Of a stretch of DNA of 64,000 nucleotides, positions 29,174 to 38,215 are shown one piece after another; the first letter of the stretch is position 1; every line of letters starts with the position of its first letter. The translations under genes and the position numbers were made by a program. The notes below the pieces were generated by a model that made no database searches, was not told the origin of the DNA, and was given only the letters and a program-made list of their open reading frames with translations. The DNA lies in IMG/VR virus record IMGVR_UViG_3300013119_000533, positions 1 to 64,000 of that record; one strand, given 5' to 3'. This DNA is from an uncultured virus (IMG/VR IMGVR_UViG_3300013119_000533) (lineage: Duplodnaviria > Heunggongvirae > Uroviricota > Caudoviricetes).

Positions 29174-29651
29174 TAAATAGACCCTCTCTTGCCTTTATGC
29201 ATTCGGCACTTATTTCCATCATGTGGTCGCGCTGACCAAAGATTTGAGTTGGTTCATTTAAAGTCGCGATCTCATAATAAGTTTCACCATACAAAATAAA
29301 ATCACCCTCTCTAACAAACAAATTCTGATCCTCTGTCAGTCTGCGTTTATGAAAATGCACTACAATTTTTGACAATCGATCTACGCCTAAGTTGGTCGTT
29401 TCCGTCTCATACCCTTGCCACTCCACAAGAGCATAGACCATAATTGGATTGAGAAAGGTCTTGTTCATTGCTTCGCCGTATATTGGATGAAAATTTGTTT
29501 CCTCAATAGACACTGGGTAGTAGACCACCTGTTGCCCAATGACTCTTTCGATAATTTCATCACTAACCTGTTTTACAAGGTCTCGTTCCTTCTTACCAGT
29601 AAAGAGCGGTGGTGGTGGCGCTTCTGGTTGATTCCACTTATTATCTCCCAT
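29160..29651 (-). CDS. neck/head-closure protein (gp14-like)
   Basis: GQQVVYY...IYGEA...VREGDFILYGETYYEI; follows the gp13-like gene. Confidence 0.65.
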   Translation of the reverse strand: MGDNKWNQPEAPPPPLFTGKKERDLVKQVSDEIIERVIGQQVVYYPVSIEETNFHPIYGEAMNKTFLNPIMVYALVEWQGYETETTNLGVDRLSKIVVHFHKRRLTEDQNLFVREGDFILYGETYYEIATLNEPTQIFGQRDHMMEISAECIKAREGLFNGTS

Positions 29652-29657
29652 AGTATA

Positions 29658-30911
29658 TTACCCCACATACACCGAATAGGGTATTCTCTGCAAGACTTTT
29701 TCAGCTGCTTCGACCTCCAGTGCCTCCTTTTCCGCAATCTTTTGATAAGTAAGTTCGGAAAGAGTTGTTTTAAGTTCTTCTCTGAGAGCGTTCTGTTCTT
29801 CTTTGCCCTGTGATACTAAATCAGTTCCGTTGAGGGTTATACTATCACCAGGAATGGGCAATGAAGCAAACTTGGATCTGACCTGTCCTAGTGTTTCCTT
29901 GGATAGAGCGAGCGCGAATCTCCTGATCCACTGCTTACCAATTGAATTGATAGTGTCATAAGGCAAGTTAGAGAATGGCAATGTATTCATGTTATTAACC
30001 CCCTCTAGTTCGCCTCGACCATTAGTGTCATCGTCCAAGTTAGATGAGGGGACAGAGAATTCTACCCACATTTTAGTAGGTCCGCCACCATATGGAATCG
30101 GAAACAATCTTATCTTATTGTTCCTAAGTTCATATGACCAATGAGACATTCTAGTGTATATGGCGTCCTCGAATGCAAGTGCTTGTGCCTTGTTTTGCCA
30201 TGCTGGTACAAGCTGGAAAGTGGAATCATCCGAGAATTGTCCATAATTGTGAAAATTGCCAATCACATTCAACCCACCGTAGTACCCATAGAATCTCCAC
30301 ATTGCACTAGGCGTCTTGTAATACACTTTTTTAATCAATATCCTTTTGCCATTAATCTTGCCAGTGTATGGTGCGCCTGATTCAGAGGAAATTATGTCCT
30401 GTAGATCATAATCTTGCTGCCCTACAGTGACATCAAATGACGCGGAGTATTGTACAGAATCCTTTAATCCTATTTCTGATCCAATTTTCTCAGAGACGCG
30501 TCTGGAAAAACCATAATCAAATTTAGGATACTTCAAACTACCCGAGGCTGCGCCTGAAGTTAGTTCACCCTTATGATCGAATGTCCCTGTTGCATGACCC
30601 AAAAAACTAGGCAATGCATTGTTTGCCTGATGTATGTTTATAAGATATGAATACTCAAGTACTGCTTCTTCGTATGCAGCATATATGTTTCCATCTGAAA
30701 GTTCTATATCCAGCACATCACCGCCAAGTTTCTTATATGTGTGTGCAACCTGGTCGACCGCACCTGAAATAAAGTTTCTAGAATACAGCACACTACTGTT
30801 TAATGAATATATTTTATATGGTAAAGATTTATTCACATTACCATGACTACCAGTCTCTGGCAAGATGCTCTTGCTAGAAGTGCTAGCTGGTCTTAATGTT
30901 GGTAAAGACAT
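29658..30911 (-). CDS. neck/head-tail adaptor protein (gp13-like)
   Basis: KLGGDVLDIEL...AYEEAVLEY; WIRRFALALSKETLGQVRSKF...IPG...LNG..L. Confidence 0.8.
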   Translation of the reverse strand: MSLPTLRPASTSSKSILPETGSHGNVNKSLPYKIYSLNSSVLYSRNFISGAVDQVAHTYKKLGGDVLDIELSDGNIYAAYEEAVLEYSYLINIHQANNALPSFLGHATGTFDHKGELTSGAASGSLKYPKFDYGFSRRVSEKIGSEIGLKDSVQYSASFDVTVGQQDYDLQDIISSESGAPYTGKINGKRILIKKVYYKTPSAMWRFYGYYGGLNVIGNFHNYGQFSDDSTFQLVPAWQNKAQALAFEDAIYTRMSHWSYELRNNKIRLFPIPYGGGPTKMWVEFSVPSSNLDDDTNGRGELEGVNNMNTLPFSNLPYDTINSIGKQWIRRFALALSKETLGQVRSKFASLPIPGDSITLNGTDLVSQGKEEQNALREELKTTLSELTYQKIAEKEALEVEAAEKVLQRIPYSVYVG

Positions 30912-30978
30912 TTAATTGGTCCTCCGTGTCTAAGTAATTAGTCTTAAACTTAACAAAACGCTAGGACTTCAAATTTCT

Positions 30979-31344
30979 TTACTCTTCAGTCTTCTTTGTA
31001 GTTCTTCTTGTAGTTGTTGTTTTTTTTCTTGTTGTGCGCTTCTTTCTGGGTTTTGGCGTCTCAACATCAACAACCTCATCTTTAACTGGTTCTTCGATTT
31101 GGACTACCTGAAGTTCTGGTTCGGGAATCCGTGGAGGTGCTTGGACCTCTTTCTTTTCTTCAACTGGTTCGTTTGTTACAACTTGAACCTGCTCTTCTTG
31201 CTTGATCTCTTCACTGGTGTTCATGTCAATTTCGATCAATTTGTTCTCAACCTCTCTCTTGTCAAAACCAAGTGCTGATCGCTTTGCAGCATACTTCTTG
31301 GCATATCTTGTCATTGTCATTCTTTTTCTACGTTTACCCATCAT
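30979..31344 (-). CDS. low-complexity hypothetical protein (basic ends, acidic centre)
   Basis: 121 aa; AGGAG SD; extended -10 TGTTATAAT at 31366-31374. Confidence 0.65.
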   Translation of the reverse strand: MMGKRRKRMTMTRYAKKYAAKRSALGFDKREVENKLIEIDMNTSEEIKQEEQVQVVTNEPVEEKKEVQAPPRIPEPELQVVQIEEPVKDEVVDVETPKPRKKRTTRKKTTTTRRTTKKTEE

Positions 31345-31396
31345 TAAACTCCTTTAACTAAAACGATTATAACATAAATAGGTTTTTAATAAAGAA

Positions 31397-31425
31397 AAAC
31401 CCCCAACCAAATTGGAAGGGGGTTT
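31397..31425 (-). terminator. rho-independent terminator
   Basis: Minus strand AAACCCCC-TT-CCAA-T-TTGG-TT-GGGGGTTT inverted repeat followed by TTCTTT. Confidence 0.7.
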
Positions 31426-31450
31426 GACTTGTAGTAAGGCGAGTTACTTT

Positions 31451-31885
31451 TTACTGGTCAGCAAATGCTGGTGCTGTTTCGCTAACCACGCCGCCAGACA
31501 AGTACCAAAGGGTTCCATCAGAAACACATTCAATTCTTGTGCCTCCTGCTGGGTCATTTAAGGTTAACTTACTGTTACTGCTGCCGTTTGGTGCAACAGA
31601 TGCGTTGTCTGCATTTGTATCTAAGTGAACCACGCCGCCCAAAAAGTATCTATCATCTGAACCCGTGTCAATAATCAATTCATCATCACCTGCCTGTGAG
31701 GTTACAATAAATGTAAACACGGTGCCGTTCTCTGGAGCGGAAGGAAGTGTAATTGTACAATCTGCCGCTAGTGCAATTGCATAAATCTCTCCACTTTCTG
31801 CAAGTGTTAAAGTCTTGCTCGTTGCTGTAATCTTTTCTAGTCTTCTTCTAGAAGCATCATATGCTGCTCTACCTACTTTTGCCAT
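31451..31885 (-). CDS. putative capsid decoration / head fibre protein
   Basis: 144 aa beta-rich (TLTLAESG...TITLPSA..GTVFTFIV...CVSDGTLWY); directly after the MCP gene. Confidence 0.5.
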   Translation of the reverse strand: MAKVGRAAYDASRRRLEKITATSKTLTLAESGEIYAIALAADCTITLPSAPENGTVFTFIVTSQAGDDELIIDTGSDDRYFLGGVVHLDTNADNASVAPNGSSNSKLTLNDPAGGTRIECVSDGTLWYLSGGVVSETAPAFADQ

Positions 31886-31967
31886 TTTATAAATCTCCTT
31901 TTAATTAATAAAGGCTATCGCCTTACCTTTTATATTATAAATAGTTTAAACTAAACCAAACTCACAC

Positions 31968-32002
31968 AAAAAAACGCCCTACCACAATATTATGGTAGGG
32001 CG
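31968..32002 (-). terminator. rho-independent terminator after the major capsid gene
   Basis: Minus strand CGCCCTACCA-(8)-TGGTAGGGCG followed by T7. Confidence 0.88.
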
Positions 32003-32027
32003 AATCTTTTAGTTGTCGGACACTTTA

Positions 32028-33779
32028 TTAAGCGCCTGCCTCACCAAGGAGACCTCTTACGACAACAAGACCATACATATCTGGTCTAACCATCTTCTTA
32101 GCGTAACGGGTCATGACACCCTTACGTGGTACGAAGTCTTCCGTACCGAAAATGGTAGGTGTTACCTGGAGTGGTACATATGGAGCGTACACATAACCGC
32201 TTTCAAGGAAAGAGTTACCTCTACGACCTACAAGAAGAATGTTTCTTGGGAAGTATGGATCAACCATAACATCAAACTTCTTGCTCAATGAACCAGTCTT
32301 AACAGCACCAATGTCACCACGGTCAGCGTCTGCCGTAACAGATGCGCGGAAACCGCTTGTGAACTCAAGGATGTTAGCAACCTCTGGACCACAAACAACA
32401 AAGTTTGCGCCACCACGAAGTGTCTTTCTGTGGATCTGAGCGCTCACGTCATTGATTGTCTCAATGAGAGTCTCATACCACTCGCTAACAGTACCTGTGA
32501 AGTCAGGTGAAGCACTGGTTGCACCAAGTTCACTGCCGTTGCTATCAACGAAAAGACCTGGAGCGCGTGACCAGTAGCGTGTACCTGCCTTAGCACCCTG
32601 GATCAAGTCAGAGAGAATCTCCTGGTCGATTTCAAGAGCAATTTGCTCAGAAAGAATACCAGTTAATTCAACCTCTGCGTCAAGGTTGTGATAAGCATTG
32701 AGGTCCTGACCTAATTCAGGAGTCCACTTTGCCTTCAACTTCTTTGTAGCAGCTGTGACCGCTACGCTGTCGACCTTGATGTCGATTTCTGGGATGTTTC
32801 TTGGGTTGCTATTGTTAACTGTTGATCCACCTGTGGTATCACGACCAGCACCTTCAAGCTCCCACGGCTCTCCACCAACGACTGAACCAAGTCCGCCGCC
32901 AGCTGAAAGCGTATCTGCTATCGGGAACGCTAGAGATGCATCATCTCTGGTAGGCGCGAACACGTCCGAAGCATGTCCGGTGAAAGTCAAAAGCAAGACC
33001 TCCTGGCTAGCACCTGTACCACCAGAGCCGGTGATTCTCGTCAAACGGCGGACCAGCTTTGCATGTCCGTAGTTTCCAGAACCGTTAGATGCCGAAATTG
33101 CCGAAGCATTGACCGCACCAGATGGGAAAGTAGTCGGCAAGTGATTTCTATAAATAGAAACAACCGAAACTACGTCGGTGCCCGAAAGAAGATCAGGATC
33201 CCAGCGAATCAACTTCTTCTGTGCGGCAGTCATTGACGAAGGCGCTACGTTAGTAAGCCCCGTGCTCATGACCTTTGCCTGGCTCTGTGAACCAGTTGCG
33301 CTAGTGTAACCATTCGCCAGGTCATAAAAACCACCTGCTCCAACGCCCGTAGCAGGATTAAGATCAACACCGTCAATCAACCCCTTCGCTACAACGTTAC
33401 CACCATAGATAGATTGTCCTGCTAGACCGCGAAGGCGATCATCAGTCATTGTAAAGTCCAAGAAGAAGATAAGTCCACTTGGAAGACTCATTGGCTGCAC
33501 GCTAACGAGTTCATTTGCAATCAACCCACCGAATACACGACGGACGATTGGGAAAGCAACTGATGCGAAACCTTCAACATCACCTGCTGCCATTGAGGAC
33601 GCTTCACGAAGAAGCTCCTTTGCTTGGTTCTCAAGGAGAACCGCCATACCATTCTTGGATTGCTCATCAGTAATACCTTCTAAGAGACCAGTCTTTTCCC
33701 ACTTCGCAAGAAGTGCTTGACCTTCCTTAGACACGTCACGTCGAACAATACCTTCAGTTAATTTTTCTAATACAGACAT
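32028..33779 (-). CDS. major capsid protein (T4 gp23-like)
   Basis: KWEKTGLLEG, VSVQPMSLPSGLIFFLDF, KLKAKWTPELGQDLNAYHNLDAEVEL, GYVYAPYVPL, PRKGVMTRY. Confidence 0.97.
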   Translation of the reverse strand: MSVLEKLTEGIVRRDVSKEGQALLAKWEKTGLLEGITDEQSKNGMAVLLENQAKELLREASSMAAGDVEGFASVAFPIVRRVFGGLIANELVSVQPMSLPSGLIFFLDFTMTDDRLRGLAGQSIYGGNVVAKGLIDGVDLNPATGVGAGGFYDLANGYTSATGSQSQAKVMSTGLTNVAPSSMTAAQKKLIRWDPDLLSGTDVVSVVSIYRNHLPTTFPSGAVNASAISASNGSGNYGHAKLVRRLTRITGSGGTGASQEVLLLTFTGHASDVFAPTRDDASLAFPIADTLSAGGGLGSVVGGEPWELEGAGRDTTGGSTVNNSNPRNIPEIDIKVDSVAVTAATKKLKAKWTPELGQDLNAYHNLDAEVELTGILSEQIALEIDQEILSDLIQGAKAGTRYWSRAPGLFVDSNGSELGATSASPDFTGTVSEWYETLIETINDVSAQIHRKTLRGGANFVVCGPEVANILEFTSGFRASVTADADRGDIGAVKTGSLSKKFDVMVDPYFPRNILLVGRRGNSFLESGYVYAPYVPLQVTPTIFGTEDFVPRKGVMTRYAKKMVRPDMYGLVVVRGLLGEAGA

Positions 33780-33800
33780 TGTATTGTAACCTCCTAATAT

Positions 33801-34880
33801 TTAATTGTCTTTATTAATACCAGCTAATCGCTGCATTCTTTCAGCAAAAATATCTGCTGAAGTAGCTCGTTTCTCTTCACGAGAACGAACCAGTAAGCTA
33901 GATCTTCTATTGTTAACTGCCTCACTCAGCGATTCTGGACTCTTCTTTTGACTAGTCTCCACTGTGTTTTGAAGGGTTTCATAGATAACCTTTGCTTGTT
34001 TTGCATCTTCGGCCTTAGCGATTGCTTCAACAATACTCTTTTTCTGTCGCTCATTCAGGGAGCCACAATCCAAAGTCCGATTGATATAAAGTAACTTTGC
34101 GTTTGATGTATTAACAGCATCAAACTTTTCTTTTATTTGTGAGACAACAGACTTATGAGCATTAATCTCGTCTGTTTTCATCTCATTTTCTTTAATTAAA
34201 TCTTTATTTTGTTTATTGAGATTCTTGTTGGATTCTTCCAACTTACCAAGTGCTGCCTTGAGTGCCTCAAGTTGCTCCTTGATATCGTCATCTTGTAATC
34301 TGGCAAGTTCTTGCTCAACTGCAAGATCCAACTCTTCATTGGAAGTCCCCATCCATCCACTCTTTTGTGGCTTGATGTCAACCTTAAGAGATTCCATGAT
34401 CTCATCAACGAATAATTCTTCCATCTCTTCTTCTAATTGAGTGAGTGTTTCGGTCGCAAGAGAACTTGCGTCAGCAGAAGCTTGAATTTCATCAGACATA
34501 CCAGCAGCAAGATCATCATGATCTACCTTATCTGCTTGAAGTACATCCGTTGCTTCAATTCCCTCTTCGTCTTCAATTTCTTTAATTCTTTTTTCGATCG
34601 CGTCAAGATCTAACTCGACCTGACCCGACTCAGATGAGGGGATATCATCCATTGCCTCTTCATCAGACTTTGCAGATACAGTATCGTCAGACCCCTCATC
34701 GCTAGATGGTTCAAGATCTAACCCTAAGTCCATCTCTTCTTCCTCTTGCTCAAGAAGAGATGACACGGCATCCTTAATTTGTTCTGAATACTTTTCAATT
34801 ACCATTTGTTCTGCATTTTTGAGCGCAGCGGATTTAAGCGCCTTGGCGTCAATGATTGCTTGTTCTAGAAGTGATGACAT
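33801..34880 (-). CDS. prohead core scaffold protein (gp22-like)
   Basis: Acidic coiled coil directly upstream of MCP; NAKLLYIN...LNERQK, ends RMQRLAGI; start MSSLLEQ at 34880. Confidence 0.8.
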   Translation of the reverse strand: MSSLLEQAIIDAKALKSAALKNAEQMVIEKYSEQIKDAVSSLLEQEEEEMDLGLDLEPSSDEGSDDTVSAKSDEEAMDDIPSSESGQVELDLDAIEKRIKEIEDEEGIEATDVLQADKVDHDDLAAGMSDEIQASADASSLATETLTQLEEEMEELFVDEIMESLKVDIKPQKSGWMGTSNEELDLAVEQELARLQDDDIKEQLEALKAALGKLEESNKNLNKQNKDLIKENEMKTDEINAHKSVVSQIKEKFDAVNTSNAKLLYINRTLDCGSLNERQKKSIVEAIAKAEDAKQAKVIYETLQNTVETSQKKSPESLSEAVNNRRSSLLVRSREEKRATSADIFAERMQRLAGINKDN

Positions 34881-34977
34881 AGTTTGCCCCTTATATAAAA
34901 ATATGTTCAATAATAAATAGTTGAAGTGTTCTCTAAACACCTGAAATTTATTATACTACAATGTAGGAGTGTTTTTT

Positions 34978-35562
34978 TTAATTTGCTACTGGGTTCGTTC
35001 TTAGGGAGGATAACCCTGGTATGGTCATCCTGAGAGGGGTGTACCCAGATGGGTTTATGCCCCCAGAGAAAGCGATAGTTGGCATACCATGTATGTTGGA
35101 AGTTATGATCTCGTGTCCAGCGGTGCCGATGGGTCCAGTCTTTGTTATGGTTATTGTCGCGCCATCCCTAGTAGCGGAAATAGTATGGTCGGACTCCGAA
35201 GCACCACCATTGATGGCGGTTGTTAAAACTGTTGCTAAGTGAGTAGAGTTTGTGGCGTCGGATGTGCATACTGTGACAATTCCACTAGAGGGTCCAGTTC
35301 CGTCGGTGGCGGACATGTTGGCAGAATCGTTAATTCGATACTCTACAGTTCCAGTACCTGCCGAAGTTCGAACATTATTAATTGTTAAGTGCTGATTAGT
35401 TGCAAGTTGCGATATGTCTGTGACATTTACAGTGAATGTTACCTTAGATCCTGTGCCGCCGACATTACCAGCAGGAGTGTTGTTGACCACTAGAGGATCT
35501 TCTTGTAGATCTCTTATGTTATCAATCACAAAATCAGGTCTTATGGTGTGCTTTCTCTTCAT
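34978..35562 (-). CDS. hypothetical Thr/Gly-rich protein, possibly virion
   Basis: Start MKRKHTIRP at 35562, right after the previous stop; beta-rich. Confidence 0.6.
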   Translation of the reverse strand: MKRKHTIRPDFVIDNIRDLQEDPLVVNNTPAGNVGGTGSKVTFTVNVTDISQLATNQHLTINNVRTSAGTGTVEYRINDSANMSATDGTGPSSGIVTVCTSDATNSTHLATVLTTAINGGASESDHTISATRDGATITITKTGPIGTAGHEIITSNIHGMPTIAFSGGINPSGYTPLRMTIPGLSSLRTNPVAN

Positions 35563-35564
35563 GG

Positions 35565-35984
35565 TTAGAATGTGGAACAGGCAGCATATACTGCATCGGG
35601 TGCATCTCCCCAAGTGCCAGCATCTCTTACGAACGCAACACGATCAACACCATTTATTTCAATCTTATAAGTTGTGGGGACTGTAACAGCATCACAATCA
35701 ACTGTCTGCGAGTACGACCAAATACCTGTTGCGTGCATATAAAACCACAATTCAATATCCCGATCGGGAGCGCCAGCGTCAGCGGGATCTACGGTCAGAA
35801 ACAAGTATCTTTGATTTTCTGTCACATACCCAGTAGTACCGTCCCTAGCGGCGGTTCCTGTTGAAATGCCTGTTGTAACTGGAAGGGCGTTGTGTGCCAA
35901 CACTACTATCGCTGTACCATTGGCGCCTGCTAAATTTTTGGGTCCTCTTGTTCTGCCCCAACTTGTATTCTTAAAAGTACTCAT
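35565..35984 (-). CDS. hypothetical protein
   Basis: 139-aa ORF with GGAG SD. Confidence 0.7.
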   Translation of the reverse strand: MSTFKNTSWGRTRGPKNLAGANGTAIVVLAHNALPVTTGISTGTAARDGTTGYVTENQRYLFLTVDPADAGAPDRDIELWFYMHATGIWSYSQTVDCDAVTVPTTYKIEINGVDRVAFVRDAGTWGDAPDAVYAACSTF

Positions 35985-36006
35985 TTTAAATCTCCATTAA
36001 TAAATA

Positions 36007-36231
36007 TCAATCTTTAAACTTTTCATTAAATTTTCTAGTTGATTCTTGAGAAAGTTTCTTCTTTCTCTCCTTCTTCAACTTTCTAATTTCAGACTTTGGA
36101 GTGAATTGCATTCGTTTTCTTACCTTGTCGATCAACCCTTCCTTCTTTGTCTTCTTAACGAATCTTCTGATCATTCTCATCTGATCTTCGTTGTGCCTTG
36201 GTCTTACATCAAAATTAACTGCTTTAGCCAT
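36007..36231 (-). CDS. rpsU: phage-encoded ribosomal protein bS21 homolog
   Basis: 74 aa, very basic; VRPRHNEDQMRMIRRFVKKTKKEGLIDKVRKRMQFTPKSEIRK matches the bS21 pattern VRENE....LRRFKR..EKAG.L.EVR.R..YEKP...RK. Confidence 0.8.
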   Translation of the reverse strand: MAKAVNFDVRPRHNEDQMRMIRRFVKKTKKEGLIDKVRKRMQFTPKSEIRKLKKERKKKLSQESTRKFNEKFKD

Positions 36232-36241
36232 TATAAATCCT

Positions 36242-36664
36242 TTATTTTAGTGCGTCCCACTTTTTGCCAAAGGCGCCAAGTAGTCCGTCAATGTCAACTC
36301 CCTTATCACTAGGGTCCATATTCGCAAGAGGAGAATGAGAGGGCGTAGTGCCACCAGCTGATGACAATGGCGTCGTACCCTCAAAAACATTCACTCCACC
36401 ATAGGCATCCTTACCAATCGCTTCAAGCATTTGATTCTTGGATTCCTGTAGTCTTTTTGAAACTTGCGCTGTTCTATCGTCAGAAGTGCGAGCAGAAGAT
36501 CTTTCGGGCGTTTTGTTTTCTACTATCGGTTGTTGTCCCATACCTGAAAAGATCTCGGCAACCAATGTCGATAACACACCTTCTTCAAAAATTGCCTCTT
36601 TTATGCAATCCATCACAAGCGGTTTCAATACTTTCTTTAACTTATTTAATTCTTGTTCTTTCAT
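36242..36664 (-). CDS. hypothetical protein (possible prohead/internal protein)
   Basis: 140 aa; LKKVLKPLV..CIKEAIFEEG; ATGA overlap with the protease gene. Confidence 0.7.
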   Translation of the reverse strand: MKEQELNKLKKVLKPLVMDCIKEAIFEEGVLSTLVAEIFSGMGQQPIVENKTPERSSARTSDDRTAQVSKRLQESKNQMLEAIGKDAYGGVNVFEGTTPLSSAGGTTPSHSPLANMDPSDKGVDIDGLLGAFGKKWDALK

Positions 36665-37266
36665 TTGTTCCTCAAAATATCATTCATTATACTATTAATT
36701 CTATCTTCTTTTGTTAGCGGCCTGCTCATATCTCTGGATTCGTGCACCTGAGACATGATCGCACCTGGTGTAGATGGGTCCGAAACCATGTCGAAACATA
36801 TCAACTGAAAGTCATCTTCAACTAAAGTAATACCGTTTCGCTCTGTAACAGATCCCATGCCTCTAGACGATATACCACAAGGAATATTACACTCTACAAG
36901 ATTCTTGAGTATTTGTCCCGCTGGTGTTGGTAATACTTCAATTTTACCCATTACCTTGTTTTCATCCATCCAAATCTCAGTCACTAGATGTGAGGCATTT
37001 TGCAAGTTAATGACAGACGACTCTGGATGGTCCAGTTCACCCAATGCTCTACGTTGTTCTACTAGTTTACTATATCTGGAGACTTCTCTTTCCAAAAGAG
37101 CATGAGGATACATCCTGCCGTTGGCGTTCTTGGTTTCAGACATTTGCATGACACCTGTAAGGATTGTCACCTTACCTTCAGCAACTCTTCTTTTCTCATC
37201 TTCGGTGAGCAGGTCCTGACAGACACCACCCTCACATAATTCAAAATACTCTCTTAATAGTTTCAT
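36661..37266 (-). CDS. prohead maturation protease (T4 gp21-like)
   Basis: NANGRMYP, ALGELDHP, SHLV, GISSRGMGS, FDMVSDPSTPGA; start MKLLREY at 37266 with AGGAAGG SD. Confidence 0.95.
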   Translation of the reverse strand: MKLLREYFELCEGGVCQDLLTEDEKRRVAEGKVTILTGVMQMSETKNANGRMYPHALLEREVSRYSKLVEQRRALGELDHPESSVINLQNASHLVTEIWMDENKVMGKIEVLPTPAGQILKNLVECNIPCGISSRGMGSVTERNGITLVEDDFQLICFDMVSDPSTPGAIMSQVHESRDMSRPLTKEDRINSIMNDILRNK

Positions 37267-37299
37267 AACCTTCCTCATTGCGGGGGTCACCCGCGTCAG

Positions 37300-37350
37300 T
37301 TACTTACCGCTGCAACAACGTCTAACTCTCTGTATCATCCAACGTTTCAT
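37300..37350 (-). CDS. 16-aa small ORF MKRWMIQRVRRCCSGK
   Basis: ATG at 37350 with AGGAG SD 5 nt upstream; TAA at 37302-37300; fills the gap between two genes; below the ORF-track size cutoff. Confidence 0.6.
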   Translation of the reverse strand: MKRWMIQRVRRCCSGK

Positions 37351-37352
37351 AA

Positions 37353-37652
37353 CTACTCCTCACAATTGTGCTTTATTTGAATTCCATCATCCCCAACGAT
37401 CATGCTACCATAATAACACACGATTGAAGAATAACATCCCAAAATAAAAGCAGTGACCACAGAATGATCAAATATAAATAGTTCTGTAAACGGACTTAAC
37501 GCCCACAAAAACACACCTGTCCAAAACCCAGTACACATAGGGCACTTGAGGAGATCCCCAAACCACCCCGTAGTGGGTCTAATTTTGTTAAATATTTTTC
37601 CATAGACAAGGATTTGGGTCATACCAATGCAGGCAATCGTGTAGGTAAACAT
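37353..37652 (-). CDS. DUF1360-like membrane protein with CxxC
   Basis: Hydrophobic segments and LLKCPMCTGFW motif. Confidence 0.6.
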   Translation of the reverse strand: MFTYTIACIGMTQILVYGKIFNKIRPTTGWFGDLLKCPMCTGFWTGVFLWALSPFTELFIFDHSVVTAFILGCYSSIVCYYGSMIVGDDGIQIKHNCEE

Positions 37653-38215
37653 TACTTCTCCAAGATTTCCCTCAAAATCGAATACATATACTGATATCCA
37701 TACGGGCGGACTTGATGGTCAGCTGATCCTTTCTTTTCCCTGTGAGGGACCTCACCGAGTTCTGTAGAGTCTTCATCCTTTGGATCAAGAAAGAAGTTCT
37801 GTAGAGTATCTTTGTATATCTCTCTCGACTTAATGTTTGGTTCCTCCTCTTGAAGGAAGTTAAACACCTCTAACAAAGTTAACTGAAACGGGGAAATGTC
37901 CTCGTCTGGAGATTCCAAAATTTCTGCTTCCAACGATGAAAAAACAGCACCAGAGCGGATCGTTGAGCGATCAAGCACCCCATTCTTAGCGAGCAATTTC
38001 AATAATGCTTCTTGAGTATGATAAGTCTCCTCTGAAATGACTTCCTTTGGGAATGTGGAGATTTTTAATTTCTCGCGTGAAACAACAATATCAATTAGGT
38101 CGTGATCAAATATCATAAGATCACCATTCACTGCCTTGCGAGCCTCTGCAAAAGAGATCTGCTTTACAGTAGGTTCTTGATCCTTGGTACCCCTAATTAT
38201 GTTGATTTTAAGCAT
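37652..38215 (-). CDS. hypothetical protein
   Basis: 187-aa ORF overlapping both neighbours. Confidence 0.7.
   Translation of the reverse strand: MLKINIIRGTKDQEPTVKQISFAEARKAVNGDLMIFDHDLIDIVVSREKLKISTFPKEVISEETYHTQEALLKLLAKNGVLDRSTIRSGAVFSSLEAEILESPDEDISPFQLTLLEVFNFLQEEEPNIKSREIYKDTLQNFFLDPKDEDSTELGEVPHREKKGSADHQVRPYGYQYMYSILREILEK

Noticed and set aside
37280..37302. Selenocysteine insertion (SECIS-like hairpin after a stop)
   Set aside because: The in-frame stop is TAA, not TGA; the nearby TGA triplets are out of frame.
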